A stretch of DNA of 64,000 bases from an uncultured Bacilli bacterium (GTDB lineage: Bacteria; Bacillota_I; Bacilli_A; RF39; UBA660). Numbering within the stretch: position 1 is the stretch's first letter; every line of letters starts with the position of its first letter. The notes below the pieces were generated by a model. The model made no database searches. It saw only the letters and a list, made by a program, of their open reading frames with translations, and was not told the origin of the DNA. The stretch lies in contig CAKOOV010000004.1 in the NCBI GenBank assembly GCA_934098435.1, positions 26,096 through 90,095 of the forward strand. Direction: 5' to 3'. A program made the translations under genes and the position numbers. Shown here one piece after another: positions 22,743 to 32,850 of the stretch.

Positions 22743-22771
22743 ACTAGTTATGTTATAACTAGTTTTTTTAT
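22743..22771 (+). terminator. Intrinsic terminator of tRNA island 1
   Basis: ACTAGTTAT-gtt-ATAACTAGT followed by TTTTTT. Confidence 0.85.
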
Positions 22772-22841
22772 TGTTATTAACTAAATAAAAAAAGAGTTTT
22801 CCTGATATCATTATTGCTAATAATTATCAAGAAAATTCTTT

Positions 22842-23639
22842 TTAATTATAATTTCCTAACTCTTCTGTTTCCCAGCTAAAGCAACCACCTTTGCCAACTG
22901 CGTGAAATAAAGAATCTACTGAAATTGTATAATAATCATATTTGATTTTATTATCTTCTATGTAAGTGTAAATAACATCAGGAATTTTTTTAAGACCTAC
23001 TGAAATATATTTTTGTTTGTTTTTCGTAAAATCATCATAGGTAACTTCGTAGTATGAAATTTCACGTCCAGCATTTTTATTTATTTTATCCCATGTTTCT
23101 AAGTCTTTTTCATAATATTTTTCCACTATACTTTCATATGATGTTCCCGCTAATTGTAATAATTCTTCTTCAGATATTACTTTATTGTTTTTTAAATCAA
23201 TGTTAGTCACTGCCATCATATTAGTGCAAGTTCCCATTTCGTTAGATTCATTAATTTTATATAAAATTGATAAAATATTTTTATTAATAAAATATTTTAA
23301 ATTATATTGTGCATTAAATGATTCACTATCTGATACATGAATATTATCAATTACTTTTTGCTGGTCTTCATAAAATTGTTTTGTTATACCTTCATCTAAG
23401 TTTTTTAGTTTGACTTTTTTAGTAGATACTTTAGAATTAAATACAACATCCTCTAATTCTATGTAATCATCTGCATTGTAATCTTTAATAACTTTTTCTT
23501 CTACTGACTCTTTTATTTCCGGTTTAGTTTCATTTTTGTTTGAATTTCTATCAAATAGTATGAATAAAATTAAACCCAAAATAATTATACTCAATATAAT
23601 AACCAAAACTCCAAGAATAGTATTTTTTTTCATTTTCAT
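22842..23639 (-). CDS. N-terminally anchored extracytoplasmic protein; paralogue of 6057..6794
   Basis: TM ILGVLVIILSIIILGLILFILF. The C-terminal region (EELLQLAGTSYESIVEKYY ... IPDVIYTYIEDNKIKY) parallels 6057..6794. Confidence 0.7.
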   Translation of the reverse strand: MKMKKNTILGVLVIILSIIILGLILFILFDRNSNKNETKPEIKESVEEKVIKDYNADDYIELEDVVFNSKVSTKKVKLKNLDEGITKQFYEDQQKVIDNIHVSDSESFNAQYNLKYFINKNILSILYKINESNEMGTCTNMMAVTNIDLKNNKVISEEELLQLAGTSYESIVEKYYEKDLETWDKINKNAGREISYYEVTYDDFTKNKQKYISVGLKKIPDVIYTYIEDNKIKYDYYTISVDSLFHAVGKGGCFSWETEELGNYN

Positions 23640-23693
23640 TTACCTCCTAATATAAATTTTATCATATATATATTATTATTTCAATATATACTG

Positions 23694-24419
23694 TTATATT
23701 ATATTTTCCCGCAAATTATGATATTCTATTATAAAATTTATATTTTTTAGATAATTAGATAATAATATTTCAAAATGGTTTATAAATAACTCTTTACTTA
23801 TTGTGTCTATACTATTAAACATTGATAATAGCATATATTCACGGTCTCTATTTATAAAGCAAATATCTCCTAATAATTGGGCTATTTTTTTTATGCTTTG
23901 TGGATTATTTATATTATATTTTTCTACTTTAATATCAATTGTATCTAGTTCATACATTAATTCTCTTTTTAATGCAAATATATTATTATAGAAGTTGTTT
24001 ATAATCATTAAATTAAACTTATTATAAAAGTAATTAATATTATCATTATCAAATATATATTTTTTAGATAATAATATTTTCCCATGGTCATTATTAACAC
24101 ACATATCAAATATTTTTTCTAATAGTTTTATATTATTGATAATACTTAACAAATATGTTATAAAGCTGTCTAATATACTAAGAAATTGTTCCTCACTAGT
24201 AAGATAACCTTTTTTTACTACCGTATTTATATTTATTTTTACTTTGTTATTATCTAAATTATCTATATAATTATCTAAGGTATTTCCTAATAGAAAGGTG
24301 AAAATTAATTGCTTGTTTTGAATATATTCTGAATTTAATACAATTCTTAATATTTTTTTCTTCTTTAATTGATATTCGTTATCTGTTTTTTTGTCTTCTA
24401 AATCTATTATGTTTAACAT
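23694..24419 (-). CDS. Hypothetical protein
   Basis: Long ORF. ATG 24419 sits behind AAAGGGGG. No motif recognised. Confidence 0.55.
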   Translation of the reverse strand: MLNIIDLEDKKTDNEYQLKKKKILRIVLNSEYIQNKQLIFTFLLGNTLDNYIDNLDNNKVKININTVVKKGYLTSEEQFLSILDSFITYLLSIINNIKLLEKIFDMCVNNDHGKILLSKKYIFDNDNINYFYNKFNLMIINNFYNNIFALKRELMYELDTIDIKVEKYNINNPQSIKKIAQLLGDICFINRDREYMLLSMFNSIDTISKELFINHFEILLSNYLKNINFIIEYHNLRENII

Positions 24420-24587
24420 TATATGCCCCCTTTCTTGTAGCATTATCTACAATAACATAAAATTCTATCTTTTTATTATAGTATTAATTTAAAAGGCATT
24501 TTTATGTTCTATATATGAATATAATTAATTAGTAGTTAACTATGAGCAAGAAAAAAAGTCAGATATGTGAACTGACTAATTTAATAT

Positions 24588-24866
24588 TTATTTAATTTTT
24601 TTTAAAATATAGTATTTGCAATCAACTGCACAATATTCTTTTAGATATTTTTCTAAGTTATTATAATTATTTATATCTTTTACTTTTTTATTATTTGGAT
24701 CATAAAATCCTTTTAATCGCAATTTATTATAGGCTATATCCCCTACTATATAGTCATAATCCTCATAAAAATCTGTATAATGGCTAATGAAATCATCTAA
24801 TTCAAAACCATTTTTATAATCTTTTACTATTTCATATTTATTTTTTTCTACTTCTATTATTTTCAT
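24588..24866 (-). CDS. YutD-like protein (DUF1027)
   Basis: DYDYIVGDIAYNKLRLKGFY matches the YutD family signature. Confidence 0.8.
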   Translation of the reverse strand: MKIIEVEKNKYEIVKDYKNGFELDDFISHYTDFYEDYDYIVGDIAYNKLRLKGFYDPNNKKVKDINNYNNLEKYLKEYCAVDCKYYILKKIK

Positions 24867-24877
24867 TTTATCACACC

Positions 24878-26563
24878 TTATTCATAATTTTTGGCAAATG
24901 CTGATTTTATTTGTTCATATTTTGCAAGACTTGAAGATGAGTTCCATGTTATAAATCCTCCATCCAATCCATTATCATATAATGCTTTCACTTGGTCTTC
25001 TATTTTAGAAGCATTGTATATTACTGTTGGTTTCCAATATGGAGTATCATACGCTGTTATCCATGTTCTGGCTACTGCAGGAGTTGGTATTTCTTTTTGC
25101 CTTAGTGCTGCACCTTTAGCCCAGTTATTCATTGTTTGATATGGATTGCTCCAAGTATCTACATTTCTCCCAAAGTGATCTGTATATGGCATGGAGCTTA
25201 TTGCATCTACTATATTGGATATAGCAGGCCAATATTGTCCATATGCTGTTACATATTCTCCTGAACATTCTCCAAATACATCTACTGATAAATATACTCC
25301 TTCTTTATGTAATTGATCAGTGGCATAAAATAGAAAGTTTTGTACGGCTTCAGCTTTTTCTTCATCATATTTATTTTTGAAATCTGAATTGCCACTAATA
25401 GACATATTATAAGCATCTTCAGGAAATCTCACATAATCAAATTGAATTTCATTGAATCCCATTTCATGAACGGCTTCTTTGGCTAATTCAACATTATATT
25501 GCCAAGCTCCCCTACTATAGGCTGATGGCCATAATCTATTTGATGCTTTCGATGAAATACAGTCTTCTGGATGATCTTTTCCATAATGTGTGTCATTGAA
25601 GACAACTATTCTACCTATAGCATATATACCTGCTTCTTTTATTTTATCTATAGCATTTTTATATGCATTATTATCGTTCATAGCGGTAGCATATGCTGTC
25701 GGTGACATTTCTTTAGCCACTTCAGAGGAATATGCTAGAGCACCATCTTTGATATCCACTACTATGGCATTGACACCGTTTTCTTTTGCTATTTTTAGAT
25801 AACTATCAATATTTGATATTGTTGCGGCATTTAAATACATAGCTTTAGCGTTTTTCATAAGTGGATTATCTTTAAATTGTGGCTTTTCATATGGATAATA
25901 ATCTAATGTAGAGGCTTTTCCCCCATGTAATTCTCTGCCTGGATATTTTCGATCTTTATGAGTATCATAAACTGAATTTTCATTATAATTAGCAATTGCC
26001 TCTTCTTCAGTATCAACTAAATATTTACTATATACATAGCCTGTTATATCATCTTTGCTTATTTTATACATATTAACTGTTCCATCTTCATTTAATATGT
26101 CATAGCCAGTTATATTTATTTCGTTTCCTTTTTTTATGAAAGAACTTATTTTTGAATCTTTTTCATTTTCATATACTGTTACTGATGTTCTTACATATTT
26201 TGTTTTTTCTAATACGCTATCTTTGATATTATTTACTAAATTTCTACTATCAACATAATAATTAGTATTATTATATTCTATTTGTGTATATTTAGCATTA
26301 CCTTCTTCGATTGTTTTATCAAAGCTTGTAACTTTCGTTCCACGTACTTGTTTTTTATCTTCTTTAAAATTATTGTTTTCGTCATAGTTATATAAAGCTA
26401 CCTCACTTTTATCTGAAGCTAGATACATGTTTTTCTTATCTATAACTACTTTTTTTACACCTTTTAATAGAAATAATACTGCTAATATTGCTATGATGAT
26501 AATACTTAAAAGAAGTATTAGTCTCCCTACTTTTATTTTCCTTTTTCTTCTTTTTTTTGTCAT
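24878..26563 (-). CDS. Membrane-anchored putative glycoside hydrolase (TIM-barrel, DUF4015-like) with N-terminal SH3-like repeats
   Basis: Signal anchor and two bacterial SH3-like segments. C-terminal region with NAIVVDIKD, FNEIQFDYVRFPE, YLSVDVFG. Family assignment is from memory of the motif pattern. Confidence 0.6.
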   Translation of the reverse strand: MTKKRRKRKIKVGRLILLLSIIIIAILAVLFLLKGVKKVVIDKKNMYLASDKSEVALYNYDENNNFKEDKKQVRGTKVTSFDKTIEEGNAKYTQIEYNNTNYYVDSRNLVNNIKDSVLEKTKYVRTSVTVYENEKDSKISSFIKKGNEINITGYDILNEDGTVNMYKISKDDITGYVYSKYLVDTEEEAIANYNENSVYDTHKDRKYPGRELHGGKASTLDYYPYEKPQFKDNPLMKNAKAMYLNAATISNIDSYLKIAKENGVNAIVVDIKDGALAYSSEVAKEMSPTAYATAMNDNNAYKNAIDKIKEAGIYAIGRIVVFNDTHYGKDHPEDCISSKASNRLWPSAYSRGAWQYNVELAKEAVHEMGFNEIQFDYVRFPEDAYNMSISGNSDFKNKYDEEKAEAVQNFLFYATDQLHKEGVYLSVDVFGECSGEYVTAYGQYWPAISNIVDAISSMPYTDHFGRNVDTWSNPYQTMNNWAKGAALRQKEIPTPAVARTWITAYDTPYWKPTVIYNASKIEDQVKALYDNGLDGGFITWNSSSSLAKYEQIKSAFAKNYE

Positions 26564-26620
26564 TTTTACCACCTATGTATAGTATACCATATTTAGACAT
26601 TTTTTACTATTTTTTTAAAA

Positions 26621-26650
26621 GAAAAAAATAGAAACTGATTGTTTCTATTT
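26621..26650 (-). terminator. Intrinsic terminator of 26645..27064
   Basis: AAATAGAAAC-tgatt-GTTTCTATTT with a T-run on the minus strand. Confidence 0.8.
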
Positions 26651-27064
26651 ATCTAACATATTTAGTAAATTTATTTTGAACATATCTCTTTCGGCATGAG
26701 ATTTTGATACCATTACTCCTTTATAAGTTGATAGTTCTTTTTGATGTCCTTCACTTAATATTTCTTCTGGAGTTAATGTATCTAGCATTACTAGTTTTTG
26801 GTTTTCATATACTGTATAATATAGTTTTACATCACCATGTACTTTAGCAAACATTCTATCTGTTGGTAGCTTTAATTCATATTTTGTAATACCATCTTTG
26901 GTATTTTTTGATACTACTACACCTTTAAACTCTCCATCTCTAAATGATGGATAAAAATCAAATACTAGTTTTTTATATGCTAACATATTATATTTTTTTA
27001 TAGCACGTTCTTTTTTTCTGAATTCATTTTCATTTAAATATTCTATAACAAAACTATTTTTCAT
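26645..27064 (-). CDS. Hypothetical protein with a RelE/ParE-like C-terminal pattern (tentative)
   Basis: ATG 27064 (MKNSFVIEY) sits behind GGGGGGA. KYELKLPTDRMFAKVHGDVKLYYTVYENQKLVMLDTL resembles the RelE/ParE core strands. Confidence 0.35.
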   Translation of the reverse strand: MKNSFVIEYLNENEFRKKERAIKKYNMLAYKKLVFDFYPSFRDGEFKGVVVSKNTKDGITKYELKLPTDRMFAKVHGDVKLYYTVYENQKLVMLDTLTPEEILSEGHQKELSTYKGVMVSKSHAERDMFKINLLNMLDK

Positions 27065-27142
27065 CCCAAATCCCCCCAGATTCAAAGCAAAATGTATTAA
27101 AATAATATCATAATTTGGTTGAAAAGTCAAGAAAAATCGTTT

Positions 27143-28036
27143 TTATATGATGGAATCTCCTTTAAAATTTGGTATAAAGCTGTCACTTTGGCTTTCTTCT
27201 TCTTGCGTAAAACAGTTTCTTATTCCTAAATCATAGGCATAATCTATTAGTTCATTATATTCTTGTTTAGTTACTCTTCTGTTTAACTCTTTATATTTTA
27301 ATTCTTTAATTGGAGTATATTGATTCATTATACTTAGTATTATATTATCTTGGTACTTTGTATATAAGTATTTGATTATTTTTTTAGAATCTTCAATATG
27401 ACCTGGTAAAACTAAGTGCCTAACTATTAGACCTTTTATTAATAATTCATTATTATATTTTGGTTTTCCTACTTGTCTATACATTTCATCAATAGCTTTA
27501 GTAACTATATCATAATAATTTGATACATTGGAATATTTTCCTAAATTGTTATCATAGTATTTAAAATCTGGTAAATATATATCTATTAATCCTTCTAATG
27601 ATTTTAGAGATGATACTTTTTCATATCCTGATGTATTATATACTATTGGTATATTTAATCCTTTCTTTTTTGCTAATATTAGTCCTTCTTTTATAAGTGG
27701 TATATAATGCGTTGGTGTAACTAAATTTATATTGTTGGCTCCCATTTCTTGAAGTTCTAAGCAGATATTGCTAAAACGTTCAATACTTATTTCTTCTCCT
27801 TTGCATATATGGCTTATTTGATAATTTTGACAGTATATGCATCCTAAGTTGCAATATGAGAAGAAAATGGTTCCTGAACCTTTATCTGATGATAGTATTG
27901 GTTCTTCCCACATATGCAAGTGATAGCCTCCTATTTTTATTTTATTTGAGGCTCTACAAAAACCTACTTCTTTATTGTTTCTATTTACTTTACATTCTCT
28001 TGGACATAGTGTACAATTATTTAATTCTTCCTTCAT
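27143..28036 (-). CDS. Radical SAM enzyme (PflX-like activase family)
   Basis: CNLGCIYC (Cx3Cx2C) plus the N-terminal CTLCPRECKVNR cysteine motif. Confidence 0.85.
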   Translation of the reverse strand: MKEELNNCTLCPRECKVNRNNKEVGFCRASNKIKIGGYHLHMWEEPILSSDKGSGTIFFSYCNLGCIYCQNYQISHICKGEEISIERFSNICLELQEMGANNINLVTPTHYIPLIKEGLILAKKKGLNIPIVYNTSGYEKVSSLKSLEGLIDIYLPDFKYYDNNLGKYSNVSNYYDIVTKAIDEMYRQVGKPKYNNELLIKGLIVRHLVLPGHIEDSKKIIKYLYTKYQDNIILSIMNQYTPIKELKYKELNRRVTKQEYNELIDYAYDLGIRNCFTQEEESQSDSFIPNFKGDSII

Positions 28037-28061
28037 ATAAATCACAAGATATATTTTATAA

Positions 28062-28087
28062 CAAAAAATAGACTTTTTCAAGTCTAT
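28062..28087 (-). terminator. Intrinsic terminator of 28084..29025
   Basis: Minus strand ATAGAC-ttgaaaaa-GTCTAT followed by TTTTTTG; overlaps the stop. Confidence 0.7.
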
Positions 28088-29025
28088 CTAGTTCCAAGAA
28101 TAAAGCAAACTACCATTCCTAATAATAACATAATTGTAGCTATATTAATAAATCCTTTACTACTATTTTTTTTAGGAATGTCTAATTTAATGCTAGGCAT
28201 AGTGGAAGTAAATTCTAAATTATCCCCTATTAATCTATTTTCTTTAACTACTGGAAGTGGTAATTTTTTTATTTTTTCTTCACTTATACCATTGCATTCT
28301 TTTATTTTTTCGATATCTTTTTTATCTCTTTCTCTATTTAATAATAATTTATCTCCTATAATGCATTCTAGTGATTCGGTCATATATTTTTTATTATCTG
28401 AAGATACATATGGTACGATATAGTCACTTAGTTTGACATTGATATTTTTTATTCTTCCGATTCTTCTTTTACAATCAAAATTATATTCTATAATACCATT
28501 GTCTTTTTCTTCAAAAGCGAATATATTTACTTTTACGCCATCGATAACTACTTGAAAGCCATAATCAATATTATTAACGGTATAAGTTAAACTATCTCTT
28601 TTAGGATCATATAAATCTTTTTTTCTAAATACTTCTCGCATCATTGCTATGTCTTTTTTGTTACATAATAAATCTAAACTTAAATGTTTTCTTCCTGAGT
28701 CTTCGTTTAATAGTACATAAGGTACTAATCCTCCGCATAAATATGTTTTAGCGGTTGTTTTGTTTAATTTTTCTATTTTATTATATGTATCTAATAACTG
28801 AGTATAAGTAAATCCTATTTTATCTAGGTAAGCATTATATGATTCTATACTGTTATTAAACACGGTATCTATTTTTGTTTTGATAATATTTATATCTTCT
28901 ACTCTATTTAGAAAAACACTATATAATTTATTAACATTATTTTCTGGGACATCCATACCCATTCGATCTAGTTCTTGTAATCTATTTTCTATATATGATA
29001 TTATTATTTTATTTTTTTCTTCCAT
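28084..29025 (-). CDS. Tail-anchored protein with a degenerate nucleotidyltransferase-fold-like core
   Basis: CGGLVPYVLLNEDSGRKHLSLDLL resembles hG[GS]-x(n)-DhD of Pol-beta-type NTases, but only one Asp is retained. C-terminal TM IATIMLLLGMVVCFILG. Confidence 0.4.
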   Translation of the reverse strand: MEEKNKIIISYIENRLQELDRMGMDVPENNVNKLYSVFLNRVEDINIIKTKIDTVFNNSIESYNAYLDKIGFTYTQLLDTYNKIEKLNKTTAKTYLCGGLVPYVLLNEDSGRKHLSLDLLCNKKDIAMMREVFRKKDLYDPKRDSLTYTVNNIDYGFQVVIDGVKVNIFAFEEKDNGIIEYNFDCKRRIGRIKNINVKLSDYIVPYVSSDNKKYMTESLECIIGDKLLLNRERDKKDIEKIKECNGISEEKIKKLPLPVVKENRLIGDNLEFTSTMPSIKLDIPKKNSSKGFINIATIMLLLGMVVCFILGTR

Positions 29026-29116
29026 GACGCTCACCTACTATATTATAAGTTAATTATAACATATCAAAAGTTATGATGTAAATATAAATAGATTAATTTC
29101 CTTAATTTTCTTATGA

Positions 29117-30901
29117 TTATTTGTTTTTGTCATTAACTAAAGTGTTTATTTTTTCTATTAAAGTATTTTTGTCTATTGGTTTTAGAATGTAGTCATCAAA
29201 ATTGTTTTCTTTATATTCTTCAGTATATTCTATGTTATTATTTTTTGTTAATAGAATTACCTTGGTATTGAAACCTTTAATTTCTTTTAATTTTTTTAAT
29301 ACTTCTTCTCCATCTATATATGGCATTTCTTCATCTAATAATATTAAATCATACTTACTTCCTTTTCTTATTTTATCTAAGGCTTTTTTTCCTAGATTTG
29401 TAGTTTCTACTTTGATATGATATTTTGTTAGTATTTTGTTTATTAATTTTAGACTTGATTCGTTATCATCCACTAGTAAGATTTTTTTATTATCTAGATA
29501 TTTTGTATAATCTTTCTTTTCTTTTTTATTTGTTATATTTATTTTTTGATCTAGTATTATTGTTACTACCGTACCTTCATTATATCTACTTGTTAATAAT
29601 AATGTTCCTCCTAGAGCTGCTATTAGTTTTTTGGTATTATATATATTTCCTTCGGTATTTACTTTTTCTATTTCTTCTGTTTTTATACCGATAGATGAAT
29701 CTTCTATTTTTATTATTAATCTACATACATCGTGTTTGATAATAGTATTTACTGATAGTTCTATAAATCCTTCTTTAGTATTATTATAAGAAGAGTCAAT
29801 AATTGTGCTTAGGGCTTTTTTTAGGTTTATGCTATCACCATATAAACTTACTGGTAGATTGTTATCGATATTTATTCTAAATTCTATATCTTTTGCTTCT
29901 ATTTTAGTTTTATACATACTTACTATTTCTTTTAATAATAGTTTTATATTGTATTTTGTTTTTACTGTTTTGATTTTATTTAATTCTATTTTATCTATAT
30001 TATATATTTTATCTGACATATTATATAGTTTATTGTTTGATGATATTATTTCTCTTGCATAGTATTTATTTTCTTCAATATTATTACTATCTAATATATT
30101 ATTTGATGATATATTTATATCTTTTGCTATATCTTTTATTTCTCCCATCATATTATATATTAACATACTTTTTTCTTCATTTGCTTCATCAGCCATTTTC
30201 TTAGAAGCATGAATTTCTTCTAATAATTTTTTATCTGGATTTTCTATTGTAAAATACATTATTACTGTGATGAAAGTGTCCATTGTTATGGCAAGTAATA
30301 ATTCTGGCATCATTTTTTGAATAAATGTTATAATAGTTCCTACAAATAAATAGGCATATATTGGTAAGTATTTTTTACTTATTATATTTTTGAAATTTTT
30401 TATTAAACATATTATTGTTAAAAATATTGTTATGAATATTCCACTATAAACTACATTAACAGCAGGCCCATAGGAATACATAACATAATTATTTCTATAG
30501 TTAAAATATACTGGCAACACTGCTACTAATATTGCAATTATTATAATCAAAGTTATATATAGTCTTAATACATTTTTCATGTACTTTTTTAATTCTTCTT
30601 CATTCTTTTTTGCGGAAGATATTAGAAATACATAACTACCAAATACTGCTCCCCATACTATTAATCCTATTAGAAACAGTTTGTTTAATATTGTGTAGAA
30701 TATTATGTTTTCTTTTGCATAACCGGCAAATATAGTGCAAAATATCTCTAATATTATTCCTATAAAATTTATTATAATGAGGCGTGAATAAATTTTGTTT
30801 TCTGGTGTTTTAATTCTATCTTTGGAAAAATATGCAATCATTAAAAGGCTACTATAAAGTAAACTTGATATTGTGAAAAAAATCGTACTATTTATTTTCA
30901 T
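29117..30901 (-). CDS. Multi-pass membrane hybrid sensor kinase-like protein with a receiver domain; the phospho-acceptor His appears to be missing
   Basis: About 6-7 TM segments. The dimerisation-box region EEKSMLIYNMMGEIKDI aligns with KS.FLANMSHEIRTP, with Gly at the His position. HATPase-like EDSSIGI and LGGTLLLTS are present. Receiver domain: LLVDDNESS...LILLDEEMPYIDG. Confidence 0.7.
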   Translation of the reverse strand: MKINSTIFFTISSLLYSSLLMIAYFSKDRIKTPENKIYSRLIIINFIGIILEIFCTIFAGYAKENIIFYTILNKLFLIGLIVWGAVFGSYVFLISSAKKNEEELKKYMKNVLRLYITLIIIIAILVAVLPVYFNYRNNYVMYSYGPAVNVVYSGIFITIFLTIICLIKNFKNIISKKYLPIYAYLFVGTIITFIQKMMPELLLAITMDTFITVIMYFTIENPDKKLLEEIHASKKMADEANEEKSMLIYNMMGEIKDIAKDINISSNNILDSNNIEENKYYAREIISSNNKLYNMSDKIYNIDKIELNKIKTVKTKYNIKLLLKEIVSMYKTKIEAKDIEFRINIDNNLPVSLYGDSINLKKALSTIIDSSYNNTKEGFIELSVNTIIKHDVCRLIIKIEDSSIGIKTEEIEKVNTEGNIYNTKKLIAALGGTLLLTSRYNEGTVVTIILDQKINITNKKEKKDYTKYLDNKKILLVDDNESSLKLINKILTKYHIKVETTNLGKKALDKIRKGSKYDLILLDEEMPYIDGEEVLKKLKEIKGFNTKVILLTKNNNIEYTEEYKENNFDDYILKPIDKNTLIEKINTLVNDKNK

Positions 30902-30959
30902 TTTATACCTCGCTATTCTATAGCAATTATAGCATAAATTAAAAAGAAAAGAAAGTGTG

Positions 30960-32783
30960 TTACTTGCTTTTCTCTAATATTTTAATTCTTGTTTTTTCAA
31001 CTTGCTTATAATCTATTTTTCCAACTGAGGTAAGGGGTAAATCTTCTTCAAAAATAAAATCTTCAGGCTGTGAATAAGAAGGAAGTTTATCTTTACATAA
31101 TTCTATTAATTCCTTTTTTATTTTTTCAAGTTCTTTCACTTGTTCTTTTTTTATAACAACGTGTGCTTCAGGCGACGCACCATATATCTCACTTGGAATA
31201 GAAATAACACAACATTTATCAACATTGGGATGGCCTATTATTACACCCTCAATGTATGCTGGATATAGTTTGAAACCTCCGTGAGGTATTATTCTTTTAT
31301 ATCTTCCTTTAAAGAATAAAAATCCATCTTCATCAATTAATCCTATATCTTCAGAATGAATCCATTTTTTTCCATCATTATGCACTTTTATAACTTTAGA
31401 TTCTTCTTCATCATTATTTAAATAACCAAGCATTTCTGTTGGACCAGTTATACATATTTCTCCTTCTTCACCATATTTTAATTCTTCACTTGTTCCTCTT
31501 TTAAAAATACCATAAGTATTAAGTGGAAGTGGAATGCCTAAACTGTTTGTTTTATTTACACCTACTAAACAAACTCCGGCGGTAGAAGAATTTTCTGTCA
31601 TACCATAACCTTTCTCCGCTATAGAAGAACTATTGTGTTTCTTTAAAAAGTCATTAACATAAAGTTCTGATTCTTCGGAAAAATAGTCTCCTCCTATTCC
31701 AATGTTTTTTAGACAACTCCAATCCATAGAATCGGCTTTCTTATCGTGAGCAAAATGTTCAACATAAGTTGGAACAGTAATGGTATGATTTGGTTTATAT
31801 TTAATCATAAAGTCAGTAAATTCTTTTGGTGATAATATTGGTGCAATTATATTAGTCATACCTAAACACATTGGCATGTGAATAGTAACAACAATACCAT
31901 ATGCTACAAATGGAACTATACCATTTAAGAAAGTATCTCCTTTATTATAATTGGCATTTAATGATTTATATTGGATGGCCATAGCATTAAAGTTTTCGTT
32001 AGATAATTTTACTGTCTTAGGTACTCCAGTTGTTCCTCCAGTATGTACTAAAGCAGCAATAGTGTTCTTTTTATATCTAGGATATTTTGGATAACGATAC
32101 TTTGGTGTATTCATCATATTATTCCATGATATATATTTTTCTTTTTGTTTTATTTTTTCTATTTTGGTATATAATTCTATGTTTTCTTCTTTTGTCTTTT
32201 TGTAAGATATTATATCAAATGGAAATAATAATGAATTATATGGGCTTAATGTGATGATATTTTCTACTATATTATCAATATCTTCATCTTCCATACATTT
32301 ATCAAATTCAGGTAAGAAATTGTCCATAACTACTACTATACTTGATTCTACTTCCATAAGATATTTTTTTATTTGTTTATAATCGCTTCTTACGTCTATT
32401 GGGTTTATTATTGCTCCTAGTTTATTTAAGGCGTAAAATAATATTTCAAATTCGGGATTAGCAACTGATATAACAGTTACTACCTCTCCTTCACTTATAC
32501 CAAGATTGTATAATCTTCTTGATGTCTCATCTATTTTTTCGATGAAGTCTTTAAAATTTATTTTTTTTCCATAATAGTTTATTGCTTTTGTTTTTAAGTT
32601 ATCTTGATTTTGACTTACCATATATTGATAGGTAGTTAACTCTGGAATACTAGCAGTTATGGCTTCTTTACTATAATATTTCTGCCATGGTTTATCAATT
32701 GTGGCATATCCTGTTATTTTATTTTCTTTGTCTAATTTATAGTTTTTATTCATTTCACTATAAATATCAATATTCTTTATCAT
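30960..32783 (-). CDS. AMP-dependent synthetase/ligase (acyl-CoA ligase family)
   Basis: AMP-binding signature LVHTGGTTGVPK, plus GYGMTE and the C-terminal lysine region VGKIDYKQ. ATG 32783 sits behind AAGGGGGAA. Confidence 0.85.
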   Translation of the reverse strand: MIKNIDIYSEMNKNYKLDKENKITGYATIDKPWQKYYSKEAITASIPELTTYQYMVSQNQDNLKTKAINYYGKKINFKDFIEKIDETSRRLYNLGISEGEVVTVISVANPEFEILFYALNKLGAIINPIDVRSDYKQIKKYLMEVESSIVVVMDNFLPEFDKCMEDEDIDNIVENIITLSPYNSLLFPFDIISYKKTKEENIELYTKIEKIKQKEKYISWNNMMNTPKYRYPKYPRYKKNTIAALVHTGGTTGVPKTVKLSNENFNAMAIQYKSLNANYNKGDTFLNGIVPFVAYGIVVTIHMPMCLGMTNIIAPILSPKEFTDFMIKYKPNHTITVPTYVEHFAHDKKADSMDWSCLKNIGIGGDYFSEESELYVNDFLKKHNSSSIAEKGYGMTENSSTAGVCLVGVNKTNSLGIPLPLNTYGIFKRGTSEELKYGEEGEICITGPTEMLGYLNNDEEESKVIKVHNDGKKWIHSEDIGLIDEDGFLFFKGRYKRIIPHGGFKLYPAYIEGVIIGHPNVDKCCVISIPSEIYGASPEAHVVIKKEQVKELEKIKKELIELCKDKLPSYSQPEDFIFEEDLPLTSVGKIDYKQVEKTRIKILEKSK

Positions 32784-32850
32784 TTGGTATTCCCCCTTCA
32801 AATAATTGATATATGTATTATATTATTCTATTTCTGATTAGTCAATTGTT

